Shown in pieces: positions 50,728-60,916 of a DNA stretch of 64,000 nucleotides; within the stretch, counting starts at the first letter, position 1; the number at the start of each line of letters is the position of its first letter. The stretch comes from Podarcis tiliguerta. Taxonomy: Eukaryota. The stretch lies in assembly GCA_965153285.1 (NCBI GenBank), contig OZ229120.1; one strand, given 5' to 3'. The notes under the pieces are model-generated. The model saw only the letters and a list, made by a program, of their open reading frames with translations. It searched no databases and had not been told where the DNA came from. The translations under genes were made by a program, and so were the position numbers.

Positions 50728-53169
50728 ATGAAGATTTTACCAGCATTGAAATTTAACCAGCATTGAAATAAAGTATGAAGATGGCAGAACTTTTGCCATT
50801 GGTTGAAAGGGAAACATGAATGCAACCGATCATCTATCACAGGGTGGCCTCAGTCCTATTTATTCTCCGCCCCCACCCCTGTCATGACAATGACAATAGC
50901 ATGGTCTCCAAAATATTTTATTTCAACAAATCGTTCACAGCTAGCTACGTATGCATCACCCTGCTTAAAAAATAAAATAATAAACAAAGGGTATATTTAA
51001 ACAGGGACCTGATCATGTTATGGTGGCATTACTAAGATGTGGAGGAGTTAATACTAAGCATTATCATATCCATATTTACTACTATGTTTTACTTTGTTCA
51101 GGAAAGTGTAAATAGGATTGCAGTATTAATCATATGAACAATATTTTATTAATACTGTATGTATGCAATAATATCTATGAGTTTCAGCCAGGAACAAAAC
51201 TTTGCACTAGGCATAAAAGAATAATAAGCAAATCGGGACTCCATGCTGAATTGCCTATACTGGCTTATACTGTCCACAGTATTGTTCTGTTTTCACTTAG
51301 ATTTTAGGAACCTTATTGAATGCTATTGTTTGTACTTTTATTATTTTCTATGAAGACAGCATAGATACTTTTATTATACTGAGCAGCATAATTCTTTTAT
51401 AAAGAAAAGCTGAAGAAAATAGAGGGTAGGATGCCCTGGGCTATATAGATTTAATAGGCTGTTCATCCAAGCTGTTAAGTGTTGGTTGTATGTGGAAATG
51501 CAAAAATTAGGTTGAGAATATGCATTGAAAAGCCCTAAAATGGGAAAGTAGGTGTGTTAATATTGGCCGGTGGGAGGGGGGAGAGGAAGTGAGTTGAGCC
51601 CATTGCAAAAGGAATTGATGTCAGAATCTGGTGCACTAACTGCCCTAACCAGTGAAACTGTCTTAGCAACAGCATTTTCAGTGGCTATAAGTGGGTCAAG
51701 TTGGGATTTACCAAAGCCAAAAATGCAAAGGCTGCAGAAGTCTGAATGTGAGAGGAGAGCTTTGAAGAGAGGGAGCTCAGTGAATTGAAGGGGAGGGCAG
51801 CATCTTTTGTAGGAATCAGCTAGAAGAGTACCGTGATTTTTAAAAAAAGAAAGTAGAAAACCAAGCTGCCTCATTGGGGCCACAAGGTGATTAGCAGCAG
51901 CCATATAAAAAGGTGCAACTATATAGACTTTTTGGACTTCCTATTACACTACACTGAAGATTAGACCAGCCTTTGCCAACCTGGTGCCTCTAGGACTACA
52001 ACTGTCATCAGCCCCAGACAGCATGGAAGACAGCATTGATCACTGGAAGATGGAAGTTCCTATTATCTTTGCAGTAGAAAGAAAACATGAGGGGAAATGA
52101 GGGAGAAAGCTATTGTGGCTGAGAAGATACGTCAGATTGAGATTCCTAAAGAGGGTTCATTTCATGTTGCATTGCCACAACAGCTACAGGATTGTTCACA
52201 GTGTTCTCTCAGGGAAGACTGTTATTTATCATTTTACTAACTGCTTTATAAGCTTCATGATGTAAGACATTACGACTACCGCTTTATAGACTAAGAATTC
52301 ACGTGGCTTAAAAAGGCATAATACTGACCTGCCTACTTCCCACCCCATTTACAACTCTGCTTCACAGGCATTTATAACCATCAGATTAATCACATGTACA
52401 ACATCTTTCTTTACACTTATGCTTTAAAGACTTCATATTTTAAACCCTCTACTCCTCAAAGTAGTTTCTCACAGGAATTTTTCAATCTTATTTCGCTGAC
52501 AGTTAAACTAGCAGCAATTCTGGCTATCATTTCAAAAGTGCTCATAAGACTTTCCAAGCTTTGCATTCCTGTTCATTGTCCACTTGACACCCAATTCTCT
52601 CTTGAAAAATTACAGTATCTTTCTTTTCTTTTTTTAACCCGAATAATCCAGGAGGATGCTTGAAGAAAAAAGTGTCATATGCTTCATTTCAGATCAAAGG
52701 ATCAAAGACAGGGCAGCTGTGTCTGCCTACCGGGCTACAAGGCAGAAGGGATCGCAAATAACGCTCCCTTGGTTAAGCAGGCTTTTAGCCCCCTTAGACA
52801 GTGGCAGTGCCTTGATTCTCTCCCCACCCCCTTCCTCGGAAAGCTGTGCAGAAATGACAATAATGAAGAGCCTTAAGCAATTAAAGACACAGGAAAGTTT
52901 TGTTCCCTAATTGCACAAAACGCATCCACTTCCTGGCATGACAAGTCCATCAAATGCATGTACCGTTCCCTTCATAAAAAGATGTGACGGAATTAAGGCA
53001 CAGCTGCCTATTTTCCCCCTGTAATGAGGCAGTGGACGCTTTGCATCCTGCTGACAAATATTCTTTTCCCCCTTCTCTACCCACCCTTGCAATGCTGCAA
53101 CAATAGAGCTTTTAAGTAGAAAAAGAACATTCCTTGTCAATCTCTCAGTACGAAAACCAATGTGCTTAC

Positions 53170-53330
53170 CTTCTAGAAGCTTAGAAGGCTAGTTTCCAAT
53201 GTGAAAATAAAAAAAAGGATGCTTTAATACTTTGCTTCAGCATCTCCCTTCTATAGCAGCTCACTAGCAATACAGATCTCCACCATTTTTCTGGTCACAT
53301 GACTAGTGGTACTTCTAAATAAGGATGATC
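53170..53330 (-). other. PRUNE2: Probable alternative first exon of the short PRUNE2 isoform (5' end approximate)
   Basis: Strong donor AAG|GTAAGC in phase 2, matching the 80-bp exon. ATG at 53243 reads MLKQSIKASF, resembling the mammalian short-isoform N-terminus as I recall it (MLKSCSRASF...RR|LLSED). TATA-like element upstream. Confidence 0.6.
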
Positions 53331-53420
53331 ACCTGCCTCTGGATACCCTGCTGTATATACCAGAAGCGACAGCAGCTCTGAGAAGCACTAGAATTCATCT
53401 GCAAATTATGCTAATTTAAT
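53294..53420 (-). promoter_or_regulatory. Candidate internal promoter elements
   Basis: TATATA at 53354-53359; tandem octamer-like CTGCAAAT (53399-53406) and ATGCTAAT (53408-53415); M-box/E-box GTCATGTGAC at 53294-53303. Confidence 0.4.
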
Positions 53421-53984
53421 GGCCCCTGTGGAGTTGTGTCAAGCTCGGAATATATATGCATATATATACACACATGCATAATTATATCCACATTTACTAA
53501 GAAAATCAGTGACAGAGCTTGAAAAACTTTGCTCTTTTTATCCAGAGACGAAGTAAAAATCTACGGTGAGAGAAAGATAAAAGCAGCAAACTTCTAATCA
53601 ATAGCCCAAACCCAATTTTTCAAGGTAGTATGAGACATAATTATTTTGACATGCTCAGTGAAAGCATTTTAGCAGTTAAGTTGTGGTGCAGAGTTGAGCA
53701 GCACAAGTTACATAGTATATCTATTTTTCATACTCTGCATGAAAAAGAATTCTTTGGAAAATTCTGTGGGGTGTGCTGGTGGAGTAAACGTCAAACTATC
53801 AATGTACTAGATTATGCTAGCTCAGGCTGCACTTTGGGGAGTAGGGAATAAAATCCAAATGTACGCCATTATCCTGGATCCATCTCAGACAGTTTCCTCT
53901 TTAAAGCACAATCCCAGCTAGCCATTTCATATTGCACCAGGCTACTGCTGTTGGCTTCCACATCCAAGCCCAGGCAACTATTTA

Positions 53985-54360
53985 CCGTATTTTTCGCTCT
54001 ATAGGACACACCGGATGATAAGACTCACCTAGTTTGGGGGGGAGGAAACAAGAAGAAAATAATTCTGAACCCCAGAAGCCAGAACAGCAAGAGGGATCTG
54101 GGCTTCTGCGATAGCCTCTTGCTGTGCTGGCTTCGGGGACAGCCTTTGAAGCCTCCGCAGGGCAGCAGGGTGAAGGCACCCCGGTGCCCTGAAGAGGCTT
54201 TGCGCAGATAACCCCAAGCTAGAACAGCGAGATGGAGCGCTCCGTCTCCCTGTTCTGGCTTTGGGCTTAGCCGCGCAGCCTGCATTCACTCCATAAGACG
54301 CACAGACATTTTCCCTTACTTTTTAGAAGGGAAAAAGTGCGTCCTATAGAGCGAAAAATA
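53985..54360. mobile_element. Tc2/pogo-like MITE lacking the last bases of its right TIR
   Basis: TA-CCGTATTTTTCGCTCTATAGGAC start; ends GAGCGAAAAATA; opposite orientation to the 25072 copy. Confidence 0.88.
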
Positions 54361-54447
54361 ATTACACTGTTCCAGGTTGTCAAGTCCTCCAGCATTTCAC
54401 AATGGAGACCAGGAACACCCAGACAAGTGGATCTGGACAGGTCTAAA

Positions 54448-56138
54448 TGGGCTGAACTCCTCAATGCCTTCTTTGCCTCAGTCTTCTCCGATAAAGAAAA
54501 CAATGCCCGACCTGAAGAATTTGGAGGAAATGATTCAGCAGAGAAAACACAGCCCAGAATAACTAAGGAGATAGTACAAGAATACTTGGCTAGTTTAGAT
54601 GTATTCAAGTCTCCAGGGCCAGATGAACTGCATCCAAGAGTATTAAAAGAACTGGCAGATGTGATCTCAGAACCACTGGCAATCATCTTTGAGAATTCCT
54701 GGAGAACAGGCGAAGTCCCGGCAGACTGGAGGAGGGCAAATGTTGTCCCTATTTTCAAAAAGGGGAAAAGAGAGGACCCAAATAATTACTGCCCAGTCAG
54801 TCTGTCATCAATACCAGGGAAGATTCTGGAGCAGATCATTAAGCAAACAGTCTGTGAGCACCTAGAAAGGAATGCTGTGATCACCAATAGTCAGCATGGA
54901 TTTCTGAAAAATAAGTCATGTCAGACGAACCTGATCTCATTTTTTGACAGAATTACAAGCCTGGTAGATGAAGGGAACGCAGTGGATGTAGCCTACCTTG
55001 ATTTCAGCAAGGCATTTGACAAAGTGCCCAATGATATTCTTGTAAAGAAGCTGGTAAAATGCGGTCTTGACTATGCTACCACTCAGTGGATTTGTAACTG
55101 GCTGACTGACCGAACCCAAAGGGTGCTCATCAATGGTTCCTCTTCATCCTGGAGAAGAGTGACTAGTGGGGTGCCACAGGGTTCTGTCTTGGGCCCGGTC
55201 TTATTCAACATCTTTATCAACGACTTGGATGATGGACTCAAGGGCATCCTGATCAAATTTGCAGATGAAACCAAACTGGGAGGGGTGGCTAACACCCCAG
55301 AGGACAGGATCACACTTCAAAACGACCTTGACAGATTAGAGAACTGGGCCAAAACAAACAAGATGAATTTTAACAGGGAGAAATGTAAAGTATTGCACTT
55401 GGGCAAAAAAAATGAGAGGCACAAATACAAGATGGGTGACACCTGGCTTGAGAGCAGTACATGTGAAAAGGATCTAGGAGTCTTGGTCGACCACAAACTT
55501 GACATGAGCCAACAGTGTGACGCGGCAGCTAAAAAAGCCAATGCAACTCTGGGCTGCATCAATAGGAGTATAGCATCTAGATCAAGGGAAGTTATAGTAC
55601 CACTGTATTCTGCTCTGGTCAGACCTCACCTGGAGTACTGTGTCCAGTTCTGGGCACCACAGTTCAAGAAGGACACTGACAAACTGGAACGTGTCCAGAG
55701 GAGGGCAACCAAAATGGTCAAAGGCCTGGAAACGATGCCTTATGAGGAACGGCTAAGGGAGCTGGGCATGTTTAGCCTGGAGAAGAGGAGGTTAAGGGGT
55801 GATATGATAGCCATGTTCAAATATATAAAGGGATGTCACATAGAGGAGGGAGAAAGGTTGTTTTCTGCTGCTCCAGAGAAGCGGACACGGAGCAATGGAT
55901 CCAAACTACAAGAAAGAAGATTCCACCTAAACATTAGGAAGAACTTCCTGACAGTAAGAGCTGTTCGACAGTGGAATTTGCTGCCAAGGAGCGTGGTGGA
56001 GTCTCCTTCTTTGGAGGTCTTTAAGCAGAGGCTTGACAACCATATGTCAGGAGTGCTCTGATGGTGTTTCCTGCTTGGCAGGGGGTTGGACTCGATGACC
56101 CTTGTGGTCTCTTCCAACTCTATGATTCTATGATTCTA
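54448..56138 (+). mobile_element. Young 5'-truncated CR1 LINE
   Basis: Uninterrupted RT frame ([40 protein letters not shown]); tail CTATGATTCTATGATTCT. Confidence 0.96.
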
Positions 56139-57404
56139 AAAGTAGAGCCCAGTGGACCAGGTACTTGAGTAATTAAGAATGAAGTGCATTTCCTTCAGCA
56201 CGGATTAAACACATGGGCTATCACCCAACAACTCAAGTTAAAGGTCAGAGTGCGAGAGGTGGCAACTTGTCCAAGGCTACTTACTGCTTCATGACAGAGG
56301 CAAGATTTGATTTAGGAACTTCTGGATGCCAATACTTGCTAGCCATTCTGAAGCTGATAGGAAGATAGGAAGCAATGAGTCAGAGCACTGGCCCATTTAG
56401 CTCAGTATTGTCCACACTGACAATACTGAGAGCAGCAGCTCTCAAGGGTTTTAGGCAGGCGGCATTCCCAGCCCTACCTGGACATGTCTAAGATCAAGAC
56501 TGGGACCTTCTGCAGGTAAGGCAGGTGCTGGCGCTGAGCTATGGCCTTTCCCCTCCATGGCAAGGTGAGATTTGATCCAAGGTCCCGACTTCTCAATTTG
56601 TAAGTCAGTTGGTTAGCTACCACACTGCACCAAGTTGCACAACAGTTGGTTTCAAATAAATTTGTTACAAACAAACAAAATTTATCATGTCAACGAGGAA
56701 AGTTGTGTAAACAGTTGCTCTGCACACACATTGCCTCCCTGCCAATCTAACATCATGGTGTTTGTTTGTTTTTTTGCAAATGACAGGGTTACACCTTTGT
56801 TAGGAGCAGCTAAAAAGTCACAAAACAATCAGCAAACCTTCCACAATTTGCATGTGAATTAACTAATTTTGAAATGAAAGATCAAAATCTGTTCTCAAAG
56901 GATAGTATGGCGGTGTGGTTATATGTATTGTTTGGGGGTATCAGATGACAAAACAGGACTGTAGGAATGCAAAAATTACATTTAAGCCCTGGAAAGCTTT
57001 AACGCTTCACATTTATCAGCCGCGAAAGATTGGCTTCCATGAGAGCTGTACTTTCATTTTGGTGGCTGTGTGTGTTCCCAGAACCAGCTCCTGTACTGTC
57101 TCCCATGCGACAAAGACAGCAACTGTTACCAACACTACAATCTTTCCTCTTATAAGAGCTGGTGTACCTGCGTGCTGCCTTTTGTCAAAATCACCAAACA
57201 TATATGCTAAAGAGGGGAGCAGCAACCACTTCAATTCAATGCTTCACATGAACCTTCTCATTTCTCACAGAGGAAGAACAGAGTTTTGCCAGCAGTATAA
57301 GGAGTGAAGCATTTATTTATTTATTAAATTTCTATACTGTCCTTCAGCCCAGCACTTCCACTGCCTCACCTGCAGATGTAAAGGAGAAGTAGAGCTGTGT
57401 GGAA

Positions 57405-58735
57405 TCAACATGTTGCTGACAATGTACTCCAAAATTCTGGATGACCCCACTCAGTGGTTTCATTTAGATGTTCAACAGCATGAGCAATAAAATCAAACCC
57501 TGAGGAACTCCACATTGAAGGCTCCAAGGGGCTGAAGAGCACTCCCCAAGCTGCACCCTCTGGAACTGACCATCCAAGTAGATCCAAAGCAGTGCCACTC
57601 ACCCCTAACTTAGACAGCCACTCCAGAAGTATACCATGGTCGATTGTCATGGTGCTGTCAGGCAAGGCATGTCCAGAGTGAGAAGGTAACTCTTTATTGT
57701 CAAAAGTACACTTACAAGTTAGGAAAAGGCATGTCTATCAGTCCTATGTCTCAAATGCCTCAGCTATTTCTAGATGTCCACCCAATGAGGCAGTTGTAGC
57801 AACAGGTAGTCCTCACCTCCAACCTCAGCTTATGTATCTCCCTCACCTGAGCTGCATGCAAGCAGGCAAAACTATGTCTCCGTGCAACCTGTTTCTGTTC
57901 CTTCCACTTCAATCCTCTTCTTGTCTTGGGAGACAGTGGAGCAGGAGAGGGCGAGGAGCCCTTTACCCTAACCTGGCCTATCTCTCCCTTCTCATGCACC
58001 TGTTTTTCACTCTCCAATCCTGCAGCTTCTCCTGCCTCTGACTCTCATCTCCTGGCTGCTACAGGCTGCCCCAGATCATTGATTCCTTCTTCCAAGTCAC
58101 TCTTCTCTTCTCCAAGTGCCCAATCCTCAGTGCCCTGACACCAATGGTATCAAAAGCCACTGAGAGGTCAAGGAGAATTAACAAGGACACATTTCCCCTC
58201 TCTCTCTCCCAGCAGAGGACAACCAAAGCAGTTTCTGTGCCAAAGGCAGGTTTAAACCCTGATTGAAATGGATCTAGAAAATCAGTTTCCTCCAAGAGCA
58301 CCTGGATCAGGTTTTCAAGAATCTTGCCTAAGAAGGGGAGACTGGCAGACAATAATTGCTTAGATTTTCCAAATCCAGGGAAGGTTTTTTTGAGTTGTTT
58401 TAGCACTTCATCCTTGAAGCAAGCAGGGACCACCCCCTCACACAAGAAAGCAGCACATCCCTGGCCCAGCCAGCTGTCCCTTCCCAACTAGTTTTTATCA
58501 ACCATAAGTGGCAAGGGGCCAGAGCACAAGAAGTCACCCTGACTGGTCCAAGCACCTTGTCTACGTCCTTGAGCCTTGCTAACCAAAACTCAAGTAGAGA
58601 GATCAGTCTCACAACAGGTTGGTACAAATGGGACTTGGGACAAAACTTTGAAATACAGAGTACTTCTGTTCAGTTAGCCACACCATCTTCCAGGATACTC
58701 CTTTCCATCTCCACTCCCTGAACAAGTCAATCAGA
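57405..58735 (-). mobile_element. Old degraded L2 RT fragment split by an insertion
   Basis: LDPFQSGFK-FGTETAL and LILLDLSVAFDTI (58143-58300) continue as DHGILLEWL at 57640 after the insert. Confidence 0.75.
57645..58140 (-). mobile_element. Solo-LTR-like insertion within L2
   Basis: TGTCATGG...CCCTGACA inverted termini; degenerate 5-bp flanks TCGAT/CCAAT; minus-strand AATAAA near 57692; cleanly interrupts the L2. Confidence 0.55.
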
Positions 58736-58934
58736 ATTTCACTTGCAATCCTCACTTGTAAACTTCAGGACTCTAACAAGAACACTGAACTTCTGGTCTA
58801 AAAGTAGAGCATCACGATACATCCCTAGAGTAGATGCTTGTTAGGAATAGGATATCCCAACAGTGGGTAAAGAAAGAAGTTGGTCAGAGGTAGGTGAGAA
58901 GCTGTTTTAATAAGAAAGGTGTAAGACCCAATGC

Positions 58935-59176
58935 GGGTCGCGGGTGGCGCTGTGGGTAAAACCTCAGCGTCTAGGACTTGCCGATCGTATGGTCGGCGGT
59001 TCGAATCCCCGCGGCGGGGTGCTTTATAGCGGGAAGGTAAACGGCATTTCCGTGTGCTGCGCTGGTGCTGGCTCGCCAGAGCAGCTTCGTCACGCTGGCC
59101 ACGTGACCCAGAAGTGTCCCCGGACAGCGCTGGCCCCCGGCCTCTTAAGCGTACGGGCAGGGGTACCTTTCCCTTT
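58935..59176 (+). mobile_element. Internally deleted, CpG-rich Sauria SINE
   Basis: A/B boxes GGTGGCGCTGTGG and GGTTCGAATCC; 13-bp TSD TAAGACCCAATGC/TAAGATCCAATGC. Confidence 0.88.
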
Positions 59177-59683
59177 TAAGATCCAATGCATGAAGCACAA
59201 CACTCTTCATCCCTGCATTCAGCATAGCAAAATCTTTCAAGAGGTGCAAGGCCTACTCGGGTTAAGACAGAGAAAAGAATTGCAGGATCCTTTTTTAAAA
59301 AACCTGTCATTGTTAGTAAAGAATTTGAAAGAAAGAAAAGGTATAAAGTCTATAGGGAGTATCCAGTGGTGACTTTGTGTCTGTAGAAAGCACTTTCACT
59401 TGTACAAGGTGCGAGCCCTGGGTTTTTGCCCCCTCCCCATTACAATCTGCAACAAAAGCTCCTCCTGAGGGTATTGTATGGAGGGCTGCAGTTGGTGGGA
59501 GAGAGTTTGGTAAAAACTGAACATCCCATCCTGCTTAACCAGAAGCTCTTTTGCTAGCTGACTCTATTATCGAACCCCATCTGTGTAATGAAAAATAGCA
59601 TTTGCTTCTCAGAGGTTCTGTGACCATTTGCCCCGCATTTATACAGAAGAAAATAGAAATAAAATGTGTGGACCTGTCCTTAC

Positions 59684-60482
59684 CCTGTTACAGGACTGAG
59701 TTCTCTTTCACTGCCAACAAATTGGGTCTCCTCTTCTGCTTCTTGTTCTGTTACCATGCCATTGGCAGAACGTTGTTGTGAAAGGACATCCAATTCACCA
59801 TCACCAGCAACAACTTGCAATAAAAGAGCACCTGTCCCTTTATTGTGTGATTTCCCATCCTCTTGTTGCCCTGATTTGTGAGGGTTTCTCTCTAGCAGAG
59901 TTTCATCTTGTGTCTCACATATCAATTCCTGGCTTAAAACACCTTCTAATTCTTTAACAGGGTGTCTAGATAGTGACTCTATTGTGTCTATGCTACGGTT
60001 TTCTTCAGGTGATATATCATTCACGCCGTTTTGGCCCACCATAGTCCATTCCTGATCTTGCGCAGGGCTTCTGGGTGATTTCTTTTCATCTCCCAGTTTT
60101 TGAGGCACAACAGCAGAACTTTTCTCTTCCAAATAGAAAGATTCCCATTCAGTCTCCAGAGCAGACTGCCCTTCACTTTCATTTATTATGGAGAGTGACT
60201 GAAATGTATCCGAGGTCTCTGCTGAAAAGGTTTCAAGAGAATTCGTTTGTTCTACTGCTGTAGCTTCCTGTGAAGTGAAATTACTTTCTTGTGTTCCCAA
60301 GATATCCTTCCTCAAAGATACAGTTTCTTCGCCAGTAATGAGGACATAATCCATCTCTAGTGAAGATTGATCTTCGGCTTCTTTCAAAGTTGTCTTTTCC
60401 TTTCTTTCTGGTCTTATCATCTCTGACTTATCTATGGACTTGCACCCTTCACTTGCATTATGAAGTGTATAACAGATAGATT
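59684..60482 (-). CDS. PRUNE2: PRUNE2 799-bp exon (ESICYTL...LSPVTG)
   Basis: Acceptor ttctttttaatttcag| and donor AGG|GTAAGG. Phase 1 in, phase 2 out, matching both neighbours. Lies within ORF 59680..60501. Confidence 0.92.
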
Positions 60483-60916
60483 CTGAAATTAAAAAGAACA
60501 ATTTTAGTTAAAGTAGTCAAGTTACTGATCAAGATAATATTAAAAGCAGAATACATTATATTTAAGCTCCTCCTCCTGTTCTATTCCCCTTCTTTTTCTT
60601 TGCTTAAGTGTGGCTTAGTGAATAAGTATAGTGCTAATTGCAAGATATTCTAGATTGCTAAAAAGCATATAAATACAATATTCTGTGATACATGCAGATG
60701 ACAACAAAGTCTCATTTTTCTTTCTTTTGCCAGTATGTGAAACAGTAATAATCAATATTGCCTTCTTTAGACAGGAATGACAAAGAAAATATTTAAGCAC
60801 AAAGTTTTAAAACTCGGAAGCACATGCATGGCACTGTACTATATGTCAGCATCACACTACATCTCCTGTATATTTGTCTAACACACATTCTAAAAGTAAA
60901 TGCATTAATTACTCAC

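Noticed and set aside
54337-56061. 574-aa ORF as a novel chimeric or domesticated RT gene
   Set aside because: It starts at a GTG inside a MITE and reads by chance into a 5'-truncated CR1 that lacks the endonuclease and has a mutated catalytic motif.
25484-56117. Long antisense ORFs over LINEs (25871-26251, 37346-37882, 49720-50688, 54267-54758)
   Set aside because: Shadow frames of retrotransposon coding sequence.
58935-59015. tRNA gene
   Set aside because: The A/B boxes belong to a Sauria SINE head that continues into SINE body and tail.
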